DNA of 64,000 nucleotides from Eledone cirrhosa (GCA_964016885.1 OZ024741.1:362700001-362764000), one strand, 5' to 3'. Positions 36,105-49,756 are shown, counted from the stretch's first letter. Notes: generated from the sequence alone by a model not told the origin. Program-made: numbers and translations.

Positions 36105-38020
36105 CTCTAGGTGGAAGATAATGGTTTCTGATTTATGCACAAGGCCAACAATTTTTTTTTTTTTTTTTTTCGTGGTGGTGGTGGTGGGAGGTCGATTAAA
36201 TCGACCCAGTGCATTACTGGTACTTTATCTTACAATCCCGTAAGGATGAAAGGCAAAGCTAACCTTGGTGGGATTTAAACTCAGAACGTAAAGGGCCGTA
36301 ACTATATGCCTCAAAACGTCCAACGCTATACCGATACTGCCAATCCTCTGCCTTAGGTGGAAGGTAACAAGGGTTTCTGATTTAGGCACAAGGTCAACAA
36401 TTTTGGGGGAGGGGAAAGTCGATTACATCAACCCCAGTGCATTACTGATACTTTATATTATTGACCCTGTAAGAAAGAATTTGAACACGTGAGGATAAAA
36501 TGTAATAGCATAAAACAGAGTGAAATGGAATTTAAAGACAAAAGATAAGTTATAGAAATTTTTTTTTAACTTAAAATATTTTTAGAGAGATATAAAGTGA
36601 TTAAAAAAAAATTTCAATCAAAATATCTGTGTGTATCTATGTAGCAGTAATTTGATGCTCTTTTCAATGAATTTGCTTTTATACTATCAAATCGGCCACC
36701 AAGAAACTGACCACTGTGGCCTCATAAACAAGTTCACATTGTGAAAGGCTTTCGAGTTGCCAATATGTCTGAGATTTTAACATATCAGAGAGCCATCTGA
36801 TTCTTCTCAGGTCTTGGAGACTAAGGAAACAATATTCATAAAATAACCAGCTCTCAGAACAGCCAGGTCAGTTGGAGCATTGAATTGTTAAAGTTAATAT
36901 GTAGTCCACATCTTTACGCAGACCCTCTGGGTCTTTCTCTCTCTCTTTCTTTTTTGACCTCTCTCGGCCAAGCCAGCGAAATTCATCACATCAACAGAAA
37001 TTTGGTAAATACACTTTTAATAATACCTTTGCAACCAAACACACATACACATCATCCTGATACATAGCATCACACAATTCATCTATGGTTATTTGTTCTT
37101 TGTGTATTGTCTTCGGCAAAGTTTATATTTAATAAATTAGTAACATAGCGGTTTTGTGTTTTCATTTCCTACGTGATCAAGGTAAATTATTTACCCAAGG
37201 AACCATCATATCATCATCAAACATGAACACTTTTACTCACTTACTTGCACACCCACAATCTCTGGTCACACTGTATCAGGCACATCAGTCTTCTTTCACC
37301 TACATTCTACACAACAGTGACCACATTACTGAGCAATCCACAAGTGAGTACACATACAAACACAGAATCAACACCATCACCATTAGCTGGTTTTGACCAG
37401 TGTATCTTCACGCAGGACTAAGTGTGTGTGTATGTATGTATGTATGTGTATGTGTGTGTGTATACACACACATATATACACATACAAACACACAAGTCTA
37501 TCTATGCAAACCAAACCTATTGAAACACATATACGAGATGTGAAATGTGGACTCCATTTCAGATTGCTCGATAAGTATTTAAATAATTCAAATATTTAAA
37601 TAATCAAATCAGCATTAAATACATATGATCTATACATGGGTTTTGTGTATATACATGTACAAGAATGGGTATGCCATATCCCTGCATATTGTAAGAGATG
37701 GGCATCTGACTGTAAAACATCAAGTCAAAACATTCCATCCAACCTATGGAAAATTAGATGAAAAAAAGGAGGGTGATGATATTGATATATATATATAGAG
37801 AGAGAGAGAATAAGAAAATGTGAAGTAGTTTCAGATGTTAAAGTTCTTTATTGATAAGGCTGTGATACATATTTCAATGACAACAGTGGCCACGCGATTC
37901 CGCCTAACCGGTGCTTCTTACATAATAAGGTTGCGGTCTCGAGGCAATCCAAATTAGAATGACAAGAGAACGGACTAAGATGATGTTCTTGATGCCTTTG
38001 CCCGTTCCCTCGTCTATATA

Positions 38021-38058
<38 letters not shown>

Positions 38059-38060
<2 letters not shown>

Positions 38061-39871
38061 TAGAAGTGGTATTTAATTTGTTGGAAGTCCGACAAATATA
38101 AATATTTATAACTGATTTAGAGCACTCAATAAGTTACTGGAGTAAATATTCAATGATATTAAATAAATGGAAACTATATTTATAAAACCATATTTATTTT
38201 ATTATATATATTTCAAGGGCAACCAAGATAACATTGGTGTGCTTTCATCAGATAAAATACAAAGTTTATTTTATAAATAAAGACATACCCATGAAAAGCA
38301 TACCTTATCGGTTGGAAATTCACTGGATAGTGGAAATATATTAGGGATTATTCAAACTTATGTGTGAATATGCAAATGAATATGTAAATAATTGAAAAAC
38401 AACTGTTTATTTAAATGACATCGACAACAGTGATAAGGCAAATAACCCTACTATTAATTATAATTACAATAAAACATCTAACTTAAACTCTAAAACTAAC
38501 AGAAGAAATAGAACTAGAAATATTATTTGGTACTCACCACCATTCTCATTAAGCGTTAAAACACCTTTAGCAAAGCTATTCTTCAAAGCACTAGATAAAT
38601 GTTTTCCTAAAGCCCACAGATACCACTCAATCTTTAACAGACATACTATAAAACTATCTTACTCTACTACTATGAACATAGCACAGAATATAAATAGAAT
38701 CAATAATAGAAATTTAAACCATAACCAAAATAGCAGTAATATCTCTAGCAATATCCAACATAATAGTACCGTTTTGAATAACAACAACTCTGCAAAATGT
38801 AACTGTAGAATTAAATTAAACTGTCCTTTACAAAATAAATGTTTAGATAAGGACGTGGTCTATAAATGTACAGTTAAAACCAGTGACAATATATTTAACT
38901 ATGTAGGTGCAACTTCTACGGAATTTAAAAGTCGTTGGAATAATCACAAATGCCCTTTCCAAAGATTTGATAAAAAATCTTCAACTTCTCTTTCAAACCT
39001 GATATGGAACTTAAAATGCAAGAATATGGACTATTCTTTAACTTGGGAAATAGTTTCAAAAGCACCCGCATACCGAAACACAGCTTTATCTAGATTTTGC
39101 AAATTGTGTGTTGAGGAAATTTTTTTCATACTTAAATGTAAGAACTCTATTAATATAAGGACGAATTTATTTAGTTCTTGTAGACATTGCCTGAACTCAA
39201 CATTTAGAACTATATATAAATTATAATTACACTTATAATATTTCTACTTATTTCCATAACAATCTTATCCCCTTGGTTTTAATATATTGATATCTCTAAA
39301 TCATATCTATAACATTTGCTATATTTTCACTTCTTAAAGTTTCTTAAAATATATACATATATAATTCTAATTTTTTAAATTTTAATTTTAATTTTAATTT
39401 TAATTGTAATTTTAATCTTAATAATTTTTAATTCTTTATTTTTTATTTTTTATTTCTTTAATTTTCTTTAATTTTTTATCTATTTTTAAAAATTACTTAT
39501 TTTTTAAAAAATTACTTATCTCTTATAAATTTTTTTTTTAAAAATGTTCCCGAATTTTTAATATTTTTTCAATATCTTTTATTAGATTTATAAACACTAA
39601 CTAATTCTGGCTAAATATATCTTTAACATTTATACTTATTTTGACAAAATAGTCTCATACTAATGAATAAATAAACAAGACTGGAGTTTTTTCCGTATCT
39701 TCCCATTTTAAAATATATAAATATAAATATTCCTATTAACTCAGTTAACTTAATTTAATTTAACTTTATTTACTTACATTAAATACAAAGCTAATATCCC
39801 TCATAACTCATTAAAACAATTATCTATAACACGATATACCCATCTATTCATTTATTTATCTATTTATCCAT

Positions 39872-39914
<43 letters not shown>

Positions 39915-40734
39915 TTTTTCAAATCTATTCTTCGATCTATTTATTTTTCTATCTATTTATTTTTCTATCATGGAGGCACATGGCTTAGTGGTTAGAGCAT
40001 TGGCCTTGCAATCGATAGGTTGTGAGTTCAATTCTCAGACCGGGTGATGTGTTGTTTCCTTAAGCAAGACACTTTATTTCCATTGCTCCAGTTTACTCAG
40101 CTGTAGAAATGAGATTCCACTGCAAAGTGGTCGTGTAGGTGCCACGGAAAAAAAGCACCCAGCACTCACTGTAAATGAGGTTGGTGTTAGGAAGGGTATC
40201 CAGCTGTAGAAATCAAGCCAGAATCAGTTCCCGTCCCACCCTTACAAGCAGGGAAAAGAGGACGTAAAATGATGATGATGATGATGATCTACTTAGAACA
40301 GTAAATATTATATTAGAAAAGAATTTTAACAACTAATTAATCGTAAATACACGTACCATTGAATATATTCCCCCAAATTTACGTTATTTGAGTTTTATTC
40401 ATCCTCTTGTTAATTTCTTCTCTCTATCTCTCTCGTAATATTTTTAGTTTTCTCTCTCTCTTTCTCCAGTGTCATTTAAATAAACGGTTATTTTTCAATT
40501 ATTTACATATTCATTTGCATATTCACACATAAGTTTGAATAATCCCTAATATATTTCCACTATCCAGTGAATTTCCAATCGATAAGGTATTCTTTTCATG
40601 GGTATGTCTTTATTTATAAAACAAACTTTGTATTTTATCTGATGAAAGCGCACCAATGTTATCTTGGTTGCCCTTGAAATATATATAATAAAATAAATAT
40701 GGTTTTATAAATATAGTTTCCATTTATTTAATAT

Positions 40735-40740
<6 letters not shown>
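38059..40740 (+). mobile_element. Penelope-like element family B with inverted 5' pLTR copy; SINE inserted at 39971-40288
   Basis: In-frame RNIIWYSPPFSLSVKT...FNRHTIKLSYS...CNCR...CPLQNKC...VVYKC...YVGAT...FKSRWNNH...CKLCVEE...CRH (about 38490-39226), a GIY-YIG domain. 38150-38420 is the reverse complement of 40470-40740. Flanked by (TA)n. Confidence 0.9.
40631..40695 (+). ncRNA. Type I hammerhead ribozyme motif (family B)
   Basis: TATTTTAT-CTGATGA-AAGCGCACCAA-loop-TTGGTTGCCCTT-GAAA-TATAT-ATA-ATAAAATA. Inverted copy at 38195-38259. Confidence 0.82.
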
Positions 40741-40777
<37 letters not shown>

Positions 40778-40781
<4 letters not shown>

Positions 40782-40979
40782 AGGGTAGGCTTAAAAGTTC
40801 ATAGGCTGACTCTGAAGGAGTGATGTTAGAGCTGTGAAATTTTGCGTGCCATTAATTTCAACTTTTCTTATTAATAATTGCATTGTTTCTTTCTAGGAAA
40901 TATATTAAAAAACAAACCTCATTTGGTCATTCCATGAGAGTATCTTCTCAGACTATGAACTTTTCAGCCGCCCCTCGTG
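40778..40979. mobile_element. Mariner-derived MITE (~200 bp)
   Basis: TIRs ..aaaagttcataggctga / tcagactatgaacttttcagcc. A second copy at 50252-50453 has TA flanks. Confidence 0.8.
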
Positions 40980-41218
40980 TATATATATATATATATAAAT
41001 GGAATAGAATGAAACGAAATTTCATTTCTCACTCTTAGTACGGCACTTACTTATATGCACGTATCGGTTCACCGAACATTTATTATAATACTCGGTTTGT
41101 TTGTTTGTAAACAAACAAACAGCCCGAATTACGCCGTACAGTGTTTAGGCAATCATGTCACCTTTTTGTTCAACACTGACACAGGAACGATGTACTAGTT
41201 TCAAGCTCTGACACAGGA

Positions 41219-41261
41219 ACGATGTACTAGTTTCAAGCTTATTAGCTATCGTCAGCATCGT
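41219..41261 (-). ncRNA. Compact type I hammerhead ribozyme motif in a tandem unit
   Basis: Minus strand ACGATG-CTGACGA-TAGCT-AATA-AGCTT-GAAA-CTAGTA-CATCGT. It has a 6-bp stem I, a palindromic stem III (ACTAGT) and a GUA site. Confidence 0.85.
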
Positions 41262-42300
41262 ATACCTTCCTGCCAGATGGTTGAACGTCTGAAAGTATAT
41301 ACTTTCCTTATGCATATTAACAGCTGAGCAGTCTAATTTGCATATCGAGTGAGTTCAGTCGGCTGGGCACACCGAAAACGATAAATGGAATAGAATGAAA
41401 CGAAATTTCATTTCTCACTCTTAGTACGGCAGTTACTTAAATGTAAGTATGTATGTATGTATACGTACATACATATATGTATACAGACGTACAGTAGTAT
41501 GTATATATATACATACATGCACACATATATATATATATGCACGTATCGGTTTACCGAACATTTATTATAATGCTCGGTTTGTTTGTAAACAAACAAACAG
41601 CCCGAATTACAAACAAACAAACCAAGCATTATAATAAATGTTCGGTAAACCGATACGTGCATATGTGTGCATGTATGTATATATATACATACTACTGTAT
41701 GTCTGTATACATATATGTATGTACGTATACATATATGTACGTATACATATATGTATGTACAAACAAAAACAGAGAGGCAGTACAAATAAAAGTTTATATA
41801 TATATATATATATTATATTTATATTCACACATTTTTGTACAATGCATTCTTGACATTCATAATCGGTGCACAATTTATTTCCCCTGTCCTATATACCTGC
41901 ATATTCTATATCTACTCAACCTACTTAGTGAATATATTTGCTGAGGAAATCTAATAATTGTTTCTACTTTTGGCACAAGCCCAGTAATTACCCAGTGCAT
42001 TACTGGTACTTTATTTTATCGACCCCGTAAGGATGAAAGGCAAAGTTAACCTCGGCGGGATTTGAACTCAGAATGGCAAGGGCCGTAACTCTATAGGAAA
42101 TCTAATAATATTGAAACATCTGTATTGTTTTCACTAAAATGGCTTATATCACCTCAGTAGAGAATAACTGACCTTCTGGTGCAAAAAATAATCTCTTATA
42201 TTTTTCTGTGTATAGAAGAAGAGTGGAAAGTGTTTACAATTTACAGATCATTCTTTTCACAGCTAAGGCTGCTAATTAAAAAACGACAGTTATATCTACC

Positions 42301-42529
42301 TTAATTCTTTAGCATTTAAACTGGCCATATCCAGCATGAATTCTCTCACCTTTATATGTTCAAACTGGCTGTAACCAGCTGCTCATACTGATTTTTAGGT
42401 ACTGTTCTCAAAATAAATAATATCAAAATATCATAGATTTGATATTATGTGAGATAATTATGTAAGGTAAAGCCTTTACCATGAAAATATAATAGTAAAT
42501 ATAGAGTAATGTAAATGCTAAAGGGTTAA
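42301..42529. mobile_element. TTAA-flanked MITE, family 2
   Basis: Homologous to 4198-4422. Confidence 0.72.
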
Positions 42530-43579
42530 GTTTATAGTAGCTCTTCAAATATACACTAGCCGGTATAATAATATATTGCAGTTTAGGGTGCCATTCTGAG
42601 AAATACTCAGAGCTTTGAAGAACAGTAAGGGTTGATTGCGTCAACTAAAAGAGATCCTGGAATGTTTTCTTCTTCTTTGTCTTTGTGGTTGGATAACATT
42701 CATTACATCCTGGAAGTGATTCAGGAAAATACATGCAGCATAGTGGTTTCCGGATTCTCTTGAAAAGTCCTTATTACTTTCATTGAGCAATATACCACTC
42801 CTTGTGTTAGTAATCCTACAACCACCACAAGGAAAACAAATATCATTGTGTTAAAAGCTAAATATAGTAGATTAATTAACGAGGAGTTGCTACCTGCTAG
42901 ATTTAGCATATACAGATGTGTGTGTGTATATATATATGAAGGACTCACTTTTTCATATGTATCCCATTTGCAACGCCGCAGCTCCATTATTATCATATTT
43001 ACACATATATTTTTTCCTCTGCTGCCACCCGTTTGTTTCGTTCCTTGTATCTTTACCCTTTCTAGCAGTCTCTCTCTCTCTGTTAGCCTCTTCCTCAACT
43101 TTCACTCACTCATACCCTGTCACTGCCTCTCTTCCTCTCCTCTTTCTTCCCGCTTGACCTGTCCGATTTCTTTTCTCGCGCACTCTTGGCCAAGCCGGTA
43201 TGAAATTTGTTTTCTCTCTCTCTCTCGTCTGTGTCTTCACAGAACTTATGTTTACCGAATTCGCAGACCAGACTCCTTCTTCTTCCCCCCGTTAGACCTG
43301 TGCGAAATTCCTTCCTTGCTCACATTTCAACCAGGTTTGATGGTCTTTATTCTCTAGTTCACGATTTTATCGAGTTTATATTCATAGAAATCTGGGACTT
43401 GTCTCTTTCTTCTCACTTTCTGTTGCTTAAACCATTTTGTTTGTTCACCCTAACGTTCTCTTTATTTACGTGTCCCAACGACTTTTTTTAGCCGTTGTTC
43501 GCACCAACCTGAGGTATATGGCCCTTAAAGCGATGAAATGCCTGGGACGGTTGGAGGGTCACTGATGAAGGACTCACTT

Positions 43580-43629
<50 letters not shown>

Positions 43630-43934
43630 AAGCTAACGTGGAAAAATGGATGTAAAACGATGATGATGATGATATATATATATCTTTAGGCTTCCATACA
43701 ATTTTACCGTTTCCCCAATAATATTTGTATTGCTATTGTTTATACTAATGATCCTTGCAACTTAGCAAAGTGACTGATCCTGACAGCATTCTTTTCATTG
43801 CTCTACATCCTAGCTCCTGTTCAAACCAAATTCTTTAGTATTGCTCTCTCAATGGACATTATTACCATCATCACCATTTAATGTCTATTGATTCTAGCAC
43901 TACCACTTTACAGGGTGATCTAGGTGCTTTTAAT

Positions 43935-44410
43935 AATAAAAAATAATGAAAATTATTGTGTAAAGTGCTCAGATGCACTACAACTCATCAAAGGTGCATG
44001 TAGAGTACATAGAATAATGTATAAATATCAGGAAAGTGAACAGTGTATGAGCCATGATATATACACAGATACATGCGTGCATGTATATGGAAGAGGAATA
44101 TCAGGTGTAGTGTTGGCGAATCTCAGGAAGCATGGAAGTTTTAAAGGATGCAGTGTCTCGACAGCTAACAACTGATGCAGGGAGTTTGTTCCATACTTCA
44201 GCAACTCTAAGCTTGAAAAAATGTTTCCAAAAGTCGTGGGAGCTGTGCTGTTTTCTGACTTTGTGGGCATGCCCACATGTGTTAGACACATAGAATTCAA
44301 AAAGGTGCTCAGGGTTGCTGTTGGCAAGATAGTTAATAATTTTGTGAGTGTCTACCAAGTCAGTTGCCATACATCGGAGCTTTAATGTATCCATGCTCTG
44401 GAAAGCAAGG
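43935..44410 (-). mobile_element. CR1/L2-type LINE 3' end
   Basis: TLKLR...DL....KII...TCGHAHK...HFFKLRVAEVWNKLPASVV....SFK. Short copies of its tail occur at about 8505-8597 and 45255-45340. Confidence 0.85.
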
Positions 44411-45350
44411 CATTCAGAGTACCTGGCATCAGCCCTACCACCTTACCTGGCACCAGCACTACCACCTTACATCAATTGAACTTATCATCAATTTATTGAA
44501 ACACATAACAATATCTCCTGTTGAAAGGAGAACATCTCAAACTCTTCTAGCTACTGGGTTGTTACTCATACTTCCATCCATCCATGAGCTTTTAATTCCT
44601 TATTGAGTCAAAGGGGCACTGTAGTGGTACATGGTGTGACTTGGGCATTTAAGCCTGGCAGAGCCTGACCCCCTTCAGGTACTCATAGTTACAATGATGA
44701 TGAAAGTAGTTAGAGCCAGATTTAGACTTGGTGAATCTCTCTGAATATTACATTAAGGGTACACATGTCTGTCAAATGCTCAATGATTTGCATGTTAATT
44801 TCATGAGCAGGTTGTTCTACTAATCAAACAATTGAAACACTCTAAAACACACACACATACACACACTCTCTCTCTCACACACACACACAAAACATATAAT
44901 ACAGTTTACAACACTGTGTGAACAGGTCCAGTTTGAATATTTTTAGGTGAAGTACTTGGATAAATCTGTTTCAAGTATACAGAAGGGATATTGCTAAATA
45001 AGGAATGACTATTTGTTATCTTTTGCCAGTACATGGAAAGAGAGGAGTCAATGGATCTAATGCCAGTAGATTTAAAGTGTATCCTGTTTAGGAAACTAGC
45101 TTTTCAGGATTTGATCCACACCAGATATCAGCAAATATCTTAATGGCTACTTAAATTGTTGAATGTACTTCAAACAGATACAATTAACACACCCACATAT
45201 ATACAATTACCATCTGTCTGTATGTATATCATGACTTATACTTTTTGCTCTCTTGACATTTGTACATTATTCTATGTACTATACATGCACTTTTGATGAG
45301 TTGTAGTGCACCTGAGCACTGTACACAATAATTTTCTTTATATATATATA

Positions 45351-46479
45351 TCAAAGATATGAAGATGGGGAAGGCAACCGGTCCATCGGGTATAGCTGCC
45401 GAGATGCTGAAGACATCTGGGTCTGTAGGTCACACTATAACCATACGTATTGTTAACCAGGTAATACTAGAAGGTGTCATACCAAAAGATTGGTGCAGTA
45501 GCATCATTGTCAACTGCTACAAAGGTAAAGGTGATGCACTAGATAGAGGTATAAAGCTGATGGACCAGGTCATGAAAGTAACAGAAAGAGTTATAGCACA
45601 GTTGATTAGGGACTGGGTGAAACTAGATGAGATGCAATTTGGGTTTGTACCAGGAAGAGGCACCACTGATGCCCTCTTCCTTGTGAGGCAGTTACAGGAA
45701 AAGTACCTAGCTAAAAGTAAGCCACTCTACCTGGCATTTGTCGATCTCGGGAAAGCCTTTGACAGAGTTCCACGTGCTATAATCTGGTGGGCTCTTAGAA
45801 AACTAGGAGTAGATGAATGGCTTGTGAAAGCTGTACAAGCCATGTATAGGGGAGCAGTCAGCAAAGTTAGGATTAGCAATGAGTATAGCAAGGAATTTAG
45901 CGTTCTTAGCCCTCTCCTGTTCATCATAGTCCTGCAGGCAATAACGGAGGAGTTTAAGACTGGATGCCCATGGGAACTCCTGTATGCTGATGACCTCGCA
46001 CTCATAGCTGAATCTATGGTAGAACTAGAGAATAAATTCCAAACCTGGAAGCAGGGACTAGAGAGAAAGGGCCTCAAAGTCAACATGACAAAGACTAAGG
46101 TCCTTGTAAGTAGACGAGAAAACAGAACACAGATCCCCTCAGGCAAATGGCCTTGCTGAGTATGTAGGAAAGGTGTAGGTAGGAACTCCATTCTCTTCCC
46201 CAAATGCAAACAATGGGTACACAAGAGATATAGTGGGATCGCGACAAAAAGAACCCAGTCCACACTGGAAAGTGGTCGTGTAGGAGACACGGTAAAAAGA
46301 CAGTCCATACTGTAAATGTGGTTGGTGTTAGGAAGGGCATCCAGCTATAGAAAACCATCCAGAAACTATTCTGTATGAGCAAGACACGGTCTCCTGATCA
46401 ATCTTGCCTCAAGTGCGATAAATCTGTCCAACCAATGCTAGCGTGGAAGATGGACATTAAACAATGATGATGATGATGA
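45351..46479 (+). mobile_element. RTE-clade LINE fragment with internal deletions
   Basis: ORF 45359-46159 has RT motifs, but the NYRG and VGVHQGS segments are deleted. It jumps to the 3' UTR module and a (GAT)n tail. Confidence 0.92.
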
Positions 46480-47398
46480 CACTCTATTTTCTTAAGTTCT
46501 AAGCCAAACAATGGTCTTACTAGTCTAAATTGGAAACTCCCAATCTCTCTCTTTCTCTCTCTTTATGTATATATACATGTACATGTGTGTGCATGTTACA
46601 TGCATACATTTATGTGCATACATTTAGGGTAAAGATTTCCTTTTTGTGGAAGATCAGTTTATATACCATTTCGTTCTTAGTAGTATTCTGAAATTATATG
46701 CAAATTTGTATGTCCATTTTAGAATACAACTAAGAGCAAATGATTCCATCAAATATGTGTTTCCTTGTGGTTGTTTGGATGATATATATACACACCTGAT
46801 GACGACCCAACTGGGTTCTAAAATCAATAAAAGGTGTTAATCATTTTTTTCATTTACAGGGAAATTCATATTTTCTGGCATGTTTACATATCGACATATT
46901 AAAAAATGTGTATATTTATATACAGATATAACTTTATCACACACTTCAGCTGCTTAGCATACTTCTTAATATATATTTATGTATATATAAGTGGGAAAAC
47001 TCCCGTCCAAACCCATGCAAGCATGGAAGATGGACGTTAAACAATGATGATGATGATGATGATGATCTATCTATCAATCTCTCTCCCTATATATATATTT
47101 GTCTGAAGCATATAGACAATATGCTCCCACACCCTCCCACTGCAAAGTGGTCGTGGAGGTGCCACGGAAAAAAGCACCCAGCACTCACTGTAAATGAGGT
47201 TGGTGTTAGGAAGGGCATCCAGCTGTAGAAATCAAGCCAAAATCAGTTCCTGTATGAGCAAGGCATGGTCAGCCAACCAGACACTTCCCACAACAGGACA
47301 ACCCGTCTAACCCATGCTAGCATGGAAGAACGGACGTAAAACGGTGATGATGATGATGATGTGTGTGTGAATGAATCTAACACGTCTATAAGTATGCA

Positions 47399-47452
<54 letters not shown>

Positions 47453-47470
47453 TATATATACACACACACA

Positions 47471-48231
47471 TCTATATATTAATTTCAACAATGTCAGTAT
47501 TCCGTGTGTCATAATTCTCGATTATCATTGGTTCATAGGTTTCAAACGACTTTGCCCACCTCAACGACGCCAAACTTAAATTAATATGCATAATGCCAAT
47601 GAGGGAGAGAGAGGGGAGAGTAAGAAACAGAGAGGCAAAGTGAATGCTGTGTTGGATACACTATGTATATGTGTCAGTGTAGAGACGTGTGTGGAAATAA
47701 GAGGGGAAGGAAAGCAATAACTATTAACGTGTGCGTGTGTATGTACGTGCACGTATGTTTATGTGTGCGTGCGTGCATGCAGCGTTCCACAGAAAGTAAA
47801 AACTATCAACATGTGTGAGTGTATGCGTGTGTGTAAGAGCACGGGTGCATGTGTAAGTTTGCATGCATGTGCACATTTCCATGCGTGTATGTGTGTGTAC
47901 GTGCGGCGTTCCATAATCACCACGCAGTTTATCTGTCTGTGTGCCTGTCTGTTAGTCTAACATACACAAAGTGAAGGGAGTAAATAGGGACCTTTTTTTA
48001 CATTGACGGACATCTTTTATATTTATTATTGTGTTATTTTTTGACAATTGCTCGAAATAACGAAGAATCTGGTATATCTGGAAGATTTTTTTTACTGTTT
48101 TTTTGTATAACACAGACACCACGGACTTGCTTCATACTGTAGCCAGACAAACATCCAATACAGTCATTTTCTCTTTTACCTGTCTTCTCTTATCATCTGT
48201 TTACCCGGGCGAAGCTAGGTACGTCAGCTAG
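47471..48231 (+). mobile_element. Non-autonomous Helitron-like element
   Basis: A|TCTATATATTAA start and a 3' hairpin (acccgggcgaagctaggt) followed by CAGCTAG|T. Confidence 0.7.
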
Positions 48232-48251
48232 TATATATATATATATATATA

Positions 48252-48823
<572 letters not shown>

Positions 48824-49548
48824 TACTTTTTATGTATTTTCTTAAATATTATCTTATGTATTTATTCTTTATTTACCTAAGTGCTTTCTCTTCCATGTGT
48901 CCTGCCTTACTAATCTAGTTAATAAAAATTTGACCCATGAATTATTTCTGTGGATAAACAGCAGAGCAGATGTACTTTTTAAGGCTGTGCTTTTTCAAGT
49001 GAACAAGAAAAGCCAACACAGGCAAAAAATACAGTACTATGATGACATATATTAGTTTATTGCTTAATATAGTAGGAAAAGCTTCTCGTATATCAGAAGT
49101 ATTGCCTGGATGCTGCACATACAGATCAAGGAGCACATGGCGACAAGATCTTCTTTTGTCAAAAAAGAACTTGACAGAGGTCAGCTTAGAGGCAACAGAA
49201 AGGAATGTGGGAAATTTAAAATCAAAGTGGCCATTATCATCAAGAAAAAACCACAGATAAATAATAGATGGGAAATTCACGAAGCAAATTGGCTACTATA
49301 ATGTGAATTTCAGACACGTAGACCAGTTAGAGAAGACCACATCGGTCATTCGTTTTTGTCTTGAATTGTTTCTGCTTCACATTTGAAAAGAGGGTAATAG
49401 CCCTGAAATATCATGTTGAAATATATCGGGTAAAACATCACATGTTTTATTTGTCATCCTTTGCCCTTTATATATTTCTATCACATTGTACCTGCTTTCT
49501 GAAACTTATCAGTAATTTATTACATATCTCACAATGCGTTACTTTATA

Positions 49549-49704
49549 TACCGTATTTCCCGGTGCTAAAGATGCTTTGTCCTTGAGGACGCACCCTAAT
49601 TTTGACAACCAAAAATTTGAAAAAAAATAATAAATAACTTTTGGCCTCAGGACGCATGGTAGATTTTTTAAACTTATTTTAGGAAAAAAGTAGCCGGGAA
49701 ATAG

Positions 49705-49708
<4 letters not shown>
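49549..49708. mobile_element. Tc1/pogo-type MITE
   Basis: ta-ccgtatttcccgg ... ccgggaaataggg-ta. Confidence 0.7.

Positions 49709-49756
<48 letters not shown>

Noticed and set aside
41408-41944. Mirror-image ORFs on both strands
   Set aside because: Consequence of the palindrome and TA-rich repeats.
42640-42816. Possible minus-strand terminal exon (ITNTRSGILL...RISFS*)
   Set aside because: Acceptor is plausible, but there is no recognisable homology and no partner exons were found.
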